64,000 nucleotides of DNA from Marsupella aquatica (taxonomy: Eukaryota; Plantae; Marchantiophyta), in contig OZ316897.1 in NCBI GenBank assembly GCA_973895155.1, positions 12,299,832 through 12,363,831 on the forward strand, written 5' to 3'. Shown here one piece after another: positions 37,422 to 58,425 of this stretch. How positions within the stretch are numbered: the first letter of the stretch is position 1; each line of letters starts with the position of its first letter. The notes under the pieces were generated by a model. That model was not told the origin of the DNA. It ran no database searches and worked only from the letters and a program-made list of their open reading frames with translations. The position numbers and the translations under genes are program-made.

Positions 37422-40400
37422 ATGAGGCACGTCGTGACTGAGGTATTTTTGCTTATTGTAATTTTCGTCCTCGGGTGCAATCGACATTGACTCACAGGTC
37501 CTGAACAATGCTTATAAATAGAGATAAGAGAACTTAGTGCATCACTGGTTTGCCAATCAATACTCAATTATTCTATTCACAGTTTCAAAGGACTGCAAAA
37601 TGGCAATGGATGATTCGACAATTTGCATTTCGACCTCGTACAAAACACGATCTGCAAACTGTCAAACAAGAGACGTGAAAGGTCTTGTGTTGGACGATTT
37701 TCCCCAAGTATTTGATTCTGTCAGCAATATCTAAACTCTTTCTTTGCCGCATGAAAAGAGATGAATGCACCGAGTGCACACTTTCAGGTGAATGACGAGC
37801 CGTAGATATCGGATACGCTTATTCTTCGAACATTTTACTGTTTGATGTCTATGATCAGAATTTGACGATTGTGAATCATTCTGTTTAGCTCAAAACTTCC
37901 ATAACTTTCGTGGTTAGCTCAGAGCATTGTGATTCTATTTTGCCTCCCAATTCCTTATTTCTGTAGGATGCATGATGGCTTTAATCACCTCCTGATTCTG
38001 AAAACTGAGAACTTAATGACCACACTGTACGGCGCGAATGACATTATTCATCTCCCACGAATGAAACGTTCAGAAATCCTGTTACTTTAAGGAATATTGG
38101 TCGACTATTTCCAATTACTGTCAGGATTGTAACTAGTGTGTTGGAATTGCAGGCAAGCCTAAGCACAAGAGCACACCAGTGGTGGTCAGGGATTCCGTTT
38201 GTCACGGCAGGTCTTGTTGCATTTTGCTCAGTCATATATGTCATACAACTGATCACTGGTTATGACTCATATTCCCAAATCTGCATGGAGCCTTACCTGG
38301 TGCTGTCGAGATACCAAGGTGAGCTCTATGGAATCCAAGACACGAATGTGAGGACTTCGTTCCGGTAATCTGAAAATAATCATTTAGTGTGCATGGTTCA
38401 TTACTGTATGACCTCCCTATGAACCACGAGATCAGTATGACAGAAAATCTTAGCTCTGGCTTTCACCCAATGGAGATTCTTGGAAGCAAACATGGGGCAG
38501 ATATCTTTGAATTTGACATTTAGCCACATCGGTTGTATACTCATTTCAGAGGACCTAAGATCTTTGCTTGTTGATTGTTGATTTGCTTGTGATCTTTGGT
38601 TCTCAGTTCTCAAAGACAGCCAGGTCTCACGCTCTCTTTACATAACTGAATGGTTTCTTGAAACTATGGTTGGGCTTCGCAGTTTACAGAGTATTCACGT
38701 CCGTGTTCGTCCATGCGTCCATCATCCATGTGGTGTTCAACATGCTCGCACTGGTGCCAATCGGAAGCGCACTTGAGCGCGTAATGGGCACAGTTCGGTT
38801 CTTCCATGTGATTCTGCTACTGATCGTGAGTAATGGTGTCATTCACGTTGGACTGGCATTCTTGGCTGCCTACAACCCGATCTACCCATATCCAGATTTG
38901 TCAGTTGAGTGTGGTATTGGCTTTTCGGGCGTCATATTTGCTTTAATCGTGATTGAGACCAATCTCAGTGGAACTCAAAATCGCAGGTAATTTGACTGAC
39001 CTTATTTTTGTTCATACACTGTCCTGCGTCATGTGTGCCAGCGTCCAAATTACTTGGAAGGCCGGTATAAAAAGATGAATTTCTGAACTTTTCATTCTGT
39101 TGGAGTGATTCAATAAATGCCTGCCATTATTGACGATAGCTATGATAGTATTGTCTTGGTGTCGTTACAACTAATTTACACATGAATTACCTGTCCGTGC
39201 AGCATTTTTGGTTTCTTCACTGTACCAGCAAAGGTGTAAGTTCCTTTCCCTTCTAGTGCATTCTCTGAATTAATTTCAGTGTAGACTCTAAATTGATTGA
39301 GGAGTTCTCCCCTGAGGTCATAATGACACTTCTCCACCGCAATAAGATTTTGTTTTGGTATGCAAGTCAATGTACATGTTTGGGACATTCACTAATTCGA
39401 GACATGTGCGATTTAATCATCATTGCAAATTAGTTAGTGCTTCAACCTTGCCTTCGTAAGTTGAATTATACTGCTGTAGTAAGGCTAAATTGTTTTTGGG
39501 CTTGAAAGTCTAGTCCCATCACAATGAATGTTCCCTTGAACAAATGCAGCTCATGAAAGGCATGTTAATGTTTAAGAATATTGAATTGGATGCCGATGAG
39601 ACTTGTAGGGGCCTCTGTTAATTAAGGTTGCCTTCAACAAGGAATCTGCACTTAGTTGCCCATTCAATTGACTTGACTTGGTGTTCGATTGAATTAAATA
39701 TTTCTATCCCATCTAATGAATGCGTCGTTGGTGATTGATGCAGGTATCCATGGGCTTTACTATTTCTCTTTCAGTTGCTGATGCCAAGCGTATCTCTTCT
39801 GGGGCATCTGAGTGGCATTCTATCCGGATTTGCATGTATGAGCTTTTCGAAGTTTTCCCGAATTCACTTTTCTCTGCACTGTGTTGGAGTCATAAATGAC
39901 TAGGTTAATTTGAGTTGACTTTGCGTGGGGAAGCTTGGAAAACTTTCATAGCCACGAGTCGAGCTTTCGTTTGTGATACATGCTTTCATATTGGACAATT
40001 GCTTACGAATTTGTTTTTCAATGAAAGCATATCACTTTATGTCTCAGAATTCTAATATGTCACGCTTACAATATGTGCAGACACATTTGGCATGTATGAG
40101 AGGGCTCTCTGTGGACCTTCGGCTTACTCAGCTGTGGAGAATGCCACGGCTTTGGTGAGTTGGATTCGTGAATTATTTTTCTGTGGGTTTTGATCTATGT
40201 AGAGTCTGTAAAATATTCGAAGATCAAGGTGGCCGAAAGGTTTGTTTGCATCATAATAGGGCACATCACAAATCGCTGACTTCTGATAATGATTTTTCCC
40301 CAGGGGTCTGTTGTCCGAAGACCAGGTTTTATCGTTGGTGGAAGCTCCGCTGCTGGCAATCTCCCTTCCTTTTCTACTGGTCGTTTCTCCTTTTCTACTG

Positions 40401-42250
40401 GTCGGTTTAGGTGAGTTGCTTCATGTTGATTACTGAGGGGTGTTGAAAATGAAAGTTGTCTTGTCCTCTGTCTCAGATAAGACCTTGTTTAATGATGTAT
40501 TAATTCTACATTAATGCAGTGGAGGGCTTCAACGACTCAGAAATTTGTGGAGTGGCGTGCAAACCTATGCTCCCATACGCGAGACTGCTGTAGACGAGGT
40601 ATTCTATTTCACCACTTTTGACTGATTCTGGAGGCAGGAAGATGTCTTAATTCAGAATTTGTAAGAGAGTATTCTATATATTTCAGTGGTGAAGACCATT
40701 CTTCGGGCTTACATACAGCCAATAATCTTTGGTATGATGGTTCACTTACGCGCCTGTGTGACACTCCTTTTCGTCGTGGCAGAGATTCCCGGGGAGAGGT
40801 CGGACCGTAGGCTCCGTCAATGGACCTCCCCCGCCGCAAGTTAGTTCAGACGATAGCGGTAGAGATCGAACCCTAGGCTCTGCCCCAACTCACAGTAGTC
40901 CAGATGGCAAAGGTAGAGGTCGCACCGTAGGCTCAATCAACGGAATTCCCCCAAAGCAGACTAGTCCAGAAGGCAGAGCTTCCAACAACAACAGAGGAAG
41001 TCTTAATTCCGGTTCGGTGGAAATGCAAGCAGTGAGAACATCGCCACCAGTTGCAAGGTAAATTGAAATAGTGCCGCAGGTAACTGACGTCCTTTAATTG
41101 TCCAGAATTGTTCAGAAAGTCGAAGACCACTTTTTCCATCATGCTTAACATCTCCTTATGCTGATGATAGACCTAGGTAATGATCTTTCCGTGCAATGGG
41201 GTTCAGAAGAATGGTCTTACTGAATGAACTCGAAAATCCAGCCTCGTATTGGATGAATGATGTTCTTACTCGACTGCGTGGTCTAGAAATTGTGGTAGCC
41301 ATTCTAGATCAAGGTGTGGGGAACAGCAGTGAGTAAGAGTAGTACTAGTCCGCTAATCGTACAATCGTCTGTTTGGGCAGGCAGGTTAGTCCAGGATTGA
41401 GTTCTCAAGTGCCAGGCTTCCCAACAGCAAATCAGGTTGGCTGGGGCCTGTTACATTATTATTATCATTATAATTTTATTGCGTAGAACGAGTATTATTG
41501 TTATAGGTTGTTTTCATAGACGACTGGCTTTGCTGACGTCCAGAATTTCTTTCTTTGGCACGCACACACATAGTCTTACACTTCAACTATTACGGGGATG
41601 ATTATCTCTTTAGAAACTCCTATCGGGGGCTAATAGGTGGGTTTGACACGTGCTTTACAGCTTCAAAATGAATCTTCTGCTCTTCAAGATCTTGTGGCCA
41701 TGGGTTTTGAGAAGGTATGATGATTGTGAATACGGTTGTGATGACAGTAGCTGTTTTTTTCTCAGATTAGGAGGCAAATTGATGTCAAGTTGTAGTTGCT
41801 TCTATTATACCATGGACAATTGTCTGTTTCATTTGTCGGGCATGTTTCTACATGTTGATGCACGTGGTTGCTTGTAATGGTTGGATGCTGTTATTCCTCA
41901 GACGAAAGCCGTTCACGCCTTGGCTGCTTCTAATGGAGATGTCACTTTGGCGGTTGAGTTTCTGAGTGCTGAGGTAAGTCTTCCTCCGTTTTTGAAAATG
42001 AAAACAAGGAAAGCTGACATGCAGTTTTTTAAAGTAAGGAAGATTAAAATGGTTGGAAGATATACAATTGTAAATATATGGTGTGTTTTGTGTACATGAA
42101 CTTGGTTTTTGCCTCCTATCATTCAGACAAACGCTGTGTTTGCCTTGGTTACTTAGAATGGAGCTGTCACTTTGGTAGTTGAGTTTCTGGGCGCTGAGGT
42201 AATTCTTGCGGCCATTGACTTCGTCTTTGTGATTGATGCAGGGACAGTGA
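37422..42250 (+). CDS. RBL15: Rhomboid-like intramembrane serine protease with C-terminal UBA domain (RBL15-like), multi-exon
   Basis: Spliced exons give MRHVVTE|ASLSTRAHQWWSGIPF..., 'HASIIHVVFNM', catalytic GFSG, 'YPWALL...SLLGHLSGILSG' (catalytic His), FPGRGRTVG, and UBA 'LVAMGFEK|TKAVHALAASNGDVTLAVEFL'. Inferred stop GGA CAG TGA at 42242-42250. The short exons near 41380-41715 were not fully resolved. Confidence 0.88.
42127..42198 (+). pseudogene. Degenerate tandem duplicate of the 72-nt UBA exon (41902-41973), with an in-frame TAG
   Basis: Reads TNAVFALVT*NGAVTLVVEFLGAE versus TKAVHALAASNGDVTLAVEFLSAE. AG and GT borders are retained. TAG at 42154-42156. Confidence 0.85.
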
Positions 42251-44576
42251 AAACAAACAGTCATTCTCCAGGCCAATGCGGACGTCATTTTTGTCCACTT
42301 TAAGTTCCAGAACGAAACATGTTAACATAAAATCTTGCTGGTGTCAAGAAACGAGGCCAAACTATACTAAATTGCAAAGAGTAATCTATCTGAGTACGCT
42401 AAGATATCTACTGGCAGAATGTACCATTGAGAGTAGGAACGTCATTCAAATTCCTGAGCTACACTTTTGGCGACAGATGAAAGAAGTACCCGGATGCACT
42501 TGTTTTGACGATGGCATACAACTGTCAAATTTGGAGGTAGATTCTGGACGACAATTCAACGCTACCTATGGGAAGTCTCTCCCATCTTCTTACTAAGGAC
42601 TAGTATGAGGAAAATGGTCTGAAGCTTGTAGATGTAAGCTAGGAATAGCAGCTCTGAAGTTTTGTCATAACGAGGTATATTTAGTCGACATTTGAGGGGT
42701 TTGTACACATAACCTCCATATTGTAGTGCCAGTCGTATTCATGCATTGGTTAATTCTTGCGGGGAAAATGTACAAACACTAACGTAGGGGCTGTGCACAA
42801 TTACCCGCGGCTGTTATACCCTCTACAAACGAGGATTCTACTTTGCACTTCCTGTAAGTTTAAGAATTGCTCGGTGCGAAATTTGTCAGTAGGCTGTTAC
42901 TCATAAAGGAAGAAGTTCCTACAAGTGAAAGGTGTCTTCTTGAGCTACAACAAATGCATAAAAAGGTTGACAGCAGCTTTCCTAGGTTCGGTTTTGAAGT
43001 GTGGCCCTCTGCGTGCTATCCACTCCCACCTCAATCGACGACGTGGCGTAACAATTATTCAATTGCTTTACCTTTTTGTTGAATCAGAAATATTTGATGT
43101 AGGCCCACCTTAAGTTACTCCATAGTCTATGAACTGCCGGTAGGAGTAACAGTCTATTGGGAGGGTGCAAAATTGATTTAGAACTTCATTTAATTATCCC
43201 AGACTCGGAATGGAGGTGGTGAAAATTGGCATGGATCTAAATGAGGACACTGGCCTTTCCGAGAATGACGATGGGGATGTTGATCTTTGCCCAAATTTAA
43301 GCTCATGTATCGGTTCGCCTTTGGTTGCGTTCTCTGCGAGTCACACCTTTACATTAGTGTTTCAGGTTGTCGTTTCCTGAGCAACATGACCAATTAGCAA
43401 AGACGATGGGGGACAACTTACTGTGCCCTTCGGTTAGGGAGACGATGGTAAACTTTTTCAACCATATTTTCAGTCAACGCATCTTTGAATTTATTACTAC
43501 TGTAGCTCATTGCTAACGTGAAAGGGGTGTACAGTCTCCAATTTTTTGGTAATTGGTTTATGGCGGTTTCCCTATTGCGTACTGTACACACCCAAACTAC
43601 CTACCTATAGTAGTTGGGACCCTAGGAGAACCCAACCGAAGACTACATCGACTGGCAGGATCATTCTGTAGTCTGTACCAGTCCACGGGTTCCTTATCCT
43701 GCTGACGTGCTACCGATTGGCGAAGATCCGTGAGAAGAAATACTGGACGTGGCAGTGAGGATGATGGGAATAATGATGTGGCACTGAAAAATCCAGTGAG
43801 CACAGCCACTCGGGTTAACCTGCCCCCATACGTAAGACCACTCAGGAATCCTAATTGGGCAGAGGGTATCCGAAACTTTCAGACCAAGAAAGTTTTCTGT
43901 AAGCTGGACTGAAAAAGTTACATAAGTCCAATTGCTTCGCTTTCTCTAAATTCTGTGTGATGGCAGGCATTCTACAGCCCTTGTGACTGAAGGAGGTAAA
44001 AAACAAAAAACTGACTCTTTCAAGACTAGAGATTGCTCTGGGCACATATATTGGTCGTAGGCTGAACATCTAGAACGCTGAGGTCAAGTATGTAGTTGGG
44101 GATCTTTCTGGATGTTCATGTAGTTGAGGTCTATTAAAGTTTAACACAGCCCATCAGACCTCAAGATTGTGTTTCCAAGTACATTTTAGGGAAGATGGTC
44201 TTGGTTTGGATAGAAAAGTCTCACAGGCAGAGATGATCGTGCCTTTCAGCTTTATTCATTACAGATGTGGTTGCCTCCAGTTGCCTCCAGTTGTATTTAA
44301 GTAAGGAGAACATGCTGCATCAGTTTTCTACAACTCCAAGGCTCGCTCACCGAATTGCGGAATGGTACATATTTCGGGAGGCACGAGTCTCATTGTAAAA
44401 ACAATTTGCATTCACGTGATCATAACTTTTCAAGCCAATTGGCGAAACACCTCGAGTCAAAAAACGCAGGTACAATAGTTTCGTAAAGCTATCATAAACG
44501 AAACTGAGTTCGTACCCATTCGATCCTCAGCAAATAATATAGTACAGGATAAAGAATTACAAAGATCCCCGTGTGT

Positions 44577-45923
44577 TTATGCGGTTGCAGCGAGTGTTGG
44601 AACATTCTGCTCAAGATATGTCTGCAATTTCTCCTTAGTTAGGGCACCTTCCCTGTGGGTGTTTGGCACTACCTCTCCATTTACGAACAAAATGAGGGTT
44701 GGCAGACCATACACGTCATACTTTTCAACTAACCCTTCATTGCCGTCCGCCTCAATCTTCACGCATTTTACCTTCCCATCATAATGCTGGAAACAATGAA
44801 ACAAGAGTAAGAAACGATGATCTCCCCAAACTCCTCTCCTCTCTGCTTTTCGACATAGAACACAGCAGCTAAATAGGACATGAATTTCCGGCCATGAGAT
44901 GTATTAAAAAGCATTCATAAAAGTAAGACTACAAGGAAGTAATAGATCCATTCAAAAAATGCAGCACCCTTCGAATCGGGGTTTTCAGGTTGGCAGCTGT
45001 TTAGTAGGGAAGACGAGCACTTCGTCTCAAAAAAGCTCTAAATCTCATTAACTTCTAGTTAATCCATCAAGAGATCTAACCAAAGATACGGCAAGTCGAG
45101 AAAGAGTAAATCTCCTGGTCCACCCGTTCGTACACGAACGATGCTAGTTCGTGCCTGACTCGGCTTTCCATATAGTGAGTGTTTGGGTCACTATGTCCTA
45201 ACCCACAACGAACTGACAGCATATCTTTCAAATGCAAGACATATTGTTTTAACAATTTCATATCCGTGACGAAGGATTGCAATCGACTCTATACAGCAAT
45301 GAAGAGCCATATGAATCCCAGGAGAACGATGACGCCTAACGATGACTTAGTAACGAACAAATTTACATCGTTGAAATTCCAAACGGCGAGAGAATTCACT
45401 GTTTTCTGTAATAACATACATTGAAGAAAAGCATAGACAACCGCCAAACACGAGGCTTGGAGCTGGGTTTGGAATACCAACCAAACTAGTAGCTCAAGAA
45501 AACGACAGAGATGGAGAAAAAGTTTTATACCTGCGCAGCCCAATCGAGAGAGAGCGCCATCAGTCTGCAAGGACCACACCACGAAGCCCAAAAATCCACC
45601 AGCACGGGGACCGGGGATTTGAGAACCTCCACCTCGAATTGGCTCTCGCTAACGCTCGCCGCCTTCTTCATGGCCTGGGCAATACATTGCTGCCTGCCAG
45701 CTCCTACCCTCGACGATTGCTGCCTGTGTTGCCGCTGCTGCTTCTGCTGCCATCGCAAAGCCCTCAGATCTTTCGTTTTGTTCACCAATCCAACCACCGG
45801 AACCAAACTCTGCGCTCTTGGCCATGACCCTTCTAATTTCCTACAGGATTGAGAAGAAGCTGAGGCTAAGGCTGAGGCCCCCACGGCCGCTGTCCCCCAT
45901 CCAGAAATCAACGCAGCGGACAT
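44577..45923 (-). CDS. TRX-x: Plastid thioredoxin, x-type; exons 45923-45531 and 44786-44577; 200 aa
   Basis: [14 protein letters not shown] active site. x-type C-terminal half '[13 protein letters not shown]....[10 protein letters not shown]'. Ser/Ala/Arg-rich N-terminal extension of about 85 aa. Phase-0 GT-AG intron. Confidence 0.88.
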
Positions 45924-46860
45924 TCTTTCCACAATCTAGTCTCGTACGAACTCTAACGTAAGTGGTTCTGAATTGCAGCCTGCCTTTACGGAATTTCAGG
46001 CTGCCTGCCTTCTGGAAGCTGGAGGGTGATGTCTGCTCTCGTACGTATCTCTCGGACAGTCGGTGCTGTTGTTGGCGAGCCCTCAACTATCTGCCTCAGC
46101 GTGCTTAGCGAAACATAAATCTCCCCAAACCACAGTTCTTTCCTTCTCTTCTGTTCACCTTCCCGTTCCGTTCGTCTCCCACTGTTCGTTCCTTCGAATC
46201 CTTCCCCCGACCCTTCCAATCCGTCCACCAAGCAAGGTCACAAATTCTCCAGATTCATGTGCCTCACGATTTGGTAGGCCCAGTACACCAAATCTCTCTC
46301 TCTCTCTCTCGATCGACCCAGTTCCCTTCCGTGGAACCTCGCCCTGCACCTCTGCTGTTTCGCGACCTCGGATAACTTTCGTCGTCTCTCTCCTGTTGCG
46401 GCCCAAATCCTTCACCTCCGCTTGCTACAGATGATGTCCCGGGCCAGTCAGCCTCGCTTCATCAATCTCTCTCCGGATTTGCAGGCAGAAGCACTGGAGC
46501 AGCAACAGTGGTACACAGAAGAGAGAGTGGCAGAGGGGAGACGCCCACGTAATCAATCCATCATTTGGAGCTACAGAAGAAGCGTTCAGAGAAGCAGAGA
46601 AAGGAACACGGGGGGCCGGAGGAAGGGACGACAGCCATCGCCAGGAATTTGGAGCATCGCTCCTGACTCTTCGAGAGGCGGAGGGATAGGGCCGCCATGG
46701 CTGTGGGGCGGAGAGGGTTTCGTTTCTGGCTTTGCGAACTGCGAGCTCGACATTTATTCGTGGACATGGATTTATTCCTTGCGATAGCATTAAGGGTGAG
46801 CCAGATAATAAATACTCTCTTGTTTTGTTTTGTTTTTATTTATTTTTATTTTGAACATCA

Positions 46861-48038
46861 GGAAACCAAAGCCCTGATGGACATCTCCCAGTATAGTGTG
46901 TAAAACAATTGTAGCTTTTATAACAAAAAGAAAAAAATAGTCTAGACTTCATGGTGATCCTGAGTAATAACATGAAGTCTTGAAGTCTTTCAGGTTCAAG
47001 GTCATCAAGTTGACAAGTTACCAAGGAAACGGGTTCCATAATGTAATTGAAATTAGTTTTGTGGACCCCTTGGCTAATAAAATCAGGGGGAAGAGTCTAT
47101 CTGAGCCGTCTCCATTTCTTATCTCCGGAAATCTTGTCCGTCCATCATAATGGCCAATCTATGGCTCAAAGGAAAGATCTCAAATAGATCTATGGATGGG
47201 TTCTGTCCGTTTTGCAAATGGGTTAATATTTTTCAAATGAAAAATTAAAAGAATCCAAGCCTTCCTAGTCGTCGATTTTGTTGATTTTATGATCTTTGCC
47301 GTCCATTTTGTAATGCCTCTAGAAATCGTATTCATCCATATTAGAAGGCGATCTAGCATGCAAAAGAAAAATCTCAATGAGATCTACGATTGGGTATTTT
47401 TTGTTTTGAGAATGAGTGAATAGTTTTGAGTATAAAATTCGATGAACTTTCAAGATTCCAGCCATTCCTCCTCCCCTATCTTGGGTTTCTATGTGCTCTT
47501 CCCAGCATTAATGGCCATACAATATGAGAGGTCCTTACATACCAGGAGTTGCGGTTTAACAAGGAAGTTATCAAGTTAGTTATTAGTCATTATTTATTAT
47601 ATGAAAAATTATTTTTATAAATCTTTGAATTTAGGTTTTAAAATTGGAAATGTTACTAAAACGGTTAACCGTCTTGCTCTTTGCATTTCCAATGTTTTTA
47701 CTTTTCTTTTTACGGCATGGCATCCCAAAATTTACACCCAAATTGACACAAACACGAATGAAAACTATAAATTTGATTCACAAAACCGACGAGTCTTGTG
47801 TGTTGCGGTTGTTGTTGATGTGGCACGCTGTGGTGCGAGGAATTTTGGAAGGGACCTCTAGTGGGGTCCGTAACCAGCCGCAAACCTTAAGGAGACTATT
47901 TACAAGTCACATTTAAGTCAAAAGTATTTAAGAGTGTTATCTGAGTCAGCTTAAATATTCTAAGCCAGTCTATCCAAGATTTGCCAGTCCATCTGGGCTT
48001 CACAGACAGTGTGGAGGTCCATCAAGGCTTTAGTTTCC
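46861..48038. mobile_element. About 1.18-kb non-autonomous TIR element
   Basis: Left end ggaaaccaaagccctgatggacatctcc; reverse complement of right end ggaaactaaagccttgatggacctcc. No ORF, AT-rich. No target-site duplication evident. Confidence 0.6.
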
Positions 48039-48049
48039 ATGGGCTAGAC

Positions 48050-48640
48050 CATTCTCTTGTTTTTATATTTTAAAATTTGGAAATTCCCTGTAGATTCATT
48101 TTTCTTCCTGGAAACAATGAATGTAAAGCCATTTATTCGTGGACATGGATTTATTCAAAGATATAAGGTAAGGCCAGGCCAAAATATTAATCACTGGTTT
48201 CCATGTTTTGTTCTGAAAATAATGCATACATTCATTTTTCTTCCAGGAAAAAAAGGAATATAAAGCCATTTGTAAGTGGAAATGGATTTATTCTAGGATA
48301 TAAGAAGGGGCTAGGCCACAATATTATTCTGTTATTCTAATTCTTAATTTTTAAAACTATGCATACATTCATTTTCTTCCATGAAACAAGGAATATAAAG
48401 CCATGTATTAGTCGGGGTATTAGTGGACCTGAATTTATTCCAGGATATAACAGGGGCAGGATTCTCTTGTTTTCATTTTTATTAAGCTTGAAAATAATGC
48501 ATACATTCATTTTTCTTCCAGGAATATGAAGTATTCTAGTCGTGGATATGGAGTCATTCCAGGATATGTAGAGTCTCCTGTTTTTATTTCTTATCTCAAA
48601 ATAATGTAAACATCCAAAAGTAATCATTCATTATTCCATG
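48050..48640. repeat. Degenerate tandem array, unit about 120-150 bp, 4-5 copies
   Basis: gtggaNatggatttattc-type cores at about 48139, 48276, 48423 and 48542, each with aaaataatgcatacattcatttt-type sequence. A further unit lies at about 46750-46855. Confidence 0.8.
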
Positions 48641-49731
48641 AAATAATGGTAGGTAAATTCTAATAGACTAATTTTCATTGTGTTAATTCAAAATATTAGG
48701 GCTTGAGTTTTTAATGTCTCCTCCTTCTCTAGTTGACTTGGAGGTGAGAAACAAAAAAAAATTATATAAAGACTGGTAGTCATCCAGTTATAAGCCAAAA
48801 CTCCAAACACCAAATACTTTTGGTAGCATTAATCTAATAGAATTTCTCTTGTTTTCAATTTTAGATTTCAAAACTAATCCATGCATTGAAAAGTCAGTGT
48901 TTATATGATACTTTGGAGGTTTTACAAGTACCGCAACATTGTGTAGAATTCTGGCAACGTCACACACAAGAAACAAGCAAGCATGCACACTCCGACACAA
49001 GAGATACATGGTTTGCCTTCTTCAAGGCTACATCCACAAGAATGCATGAGCTTTACCAAGTTTTTGGAAAAAAATCCATGTGGGATGAGTATTTGAGGGC
49101 TTGTCCCTCAAGGATCTGACAATTGCTGGCCAAACACCCTTCCTATTAATGATTTAAACTTTCTTTGCTAGTCACATATCTTCTTTTTTAAACCACACTG
49201 TTCATTGCAATGTCATGCATGTTTTTCTCCCAAGTTTGTAATTTTTGCAAAACCTAATTTGAGCCTTGTTGGTAACTTGGCAAGTGAGGCCCTAGGATCA
49301 ATAATTCATGCCTCGCAACAAGATCTTCAACCAAACTATACTTCATGTTCAAACTTTGCGGCTCCTTATCCACGTAAGGCTACTGTCAATCTTGAGCTTC
49401 ATGCAAAATGCGCTAGCTTGGTCCAAGTTCACAGGCTTTGGATACAGATACCAGTTCAAATAATGGTAAAGCAAACATGATGAATGTACACTCCCACACG
49501 GGATAATATCAATGCAACAGAAATTTTCTTAGTTGCAAGTCAGATCTACCATACATGAAAACTTTTCAGATGTATTGATTGGAGGGATTGAATTCCATCA
49601 TCCAGACTTCTAATTTATACAAATACAAGCTACTAAATTGATTTTGCAATGCTTATCACATCACGCTTGGGATAGCACAAACCCAAAGGAGACACTCTGT
49701 TTAAGCCTTAGTCACTTCTACTAGCTATCAT

Positions 49732-49905
49732 GAATGAATTTAAGCTCTCTCAAACTATCAATCAACCAGCTAGAATATTGATAGGTGAAGCCAAAACAGA
49801 GTCAACCTTCACTGCATCAGGAATGAATTTAAGCTCTCTCAAACTATCAATCAACCAGCTAGAATATTGATAGGTGAAGCCAAAACAGAGTCATGCTTCA
49901 CTGAA

Positions 49906-49909
<4 letters not shown>
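49732..49909. repeat. 89-bp tandem duplication spanning the PGM stop codon and proximal 3' UTR
   Basis: gaatgaatttaagctctctcaaactatcaatc... starts at 49732 and 49821. Confidence 0.93.
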
Positions 49910-58425
<8,516 letters not shown>

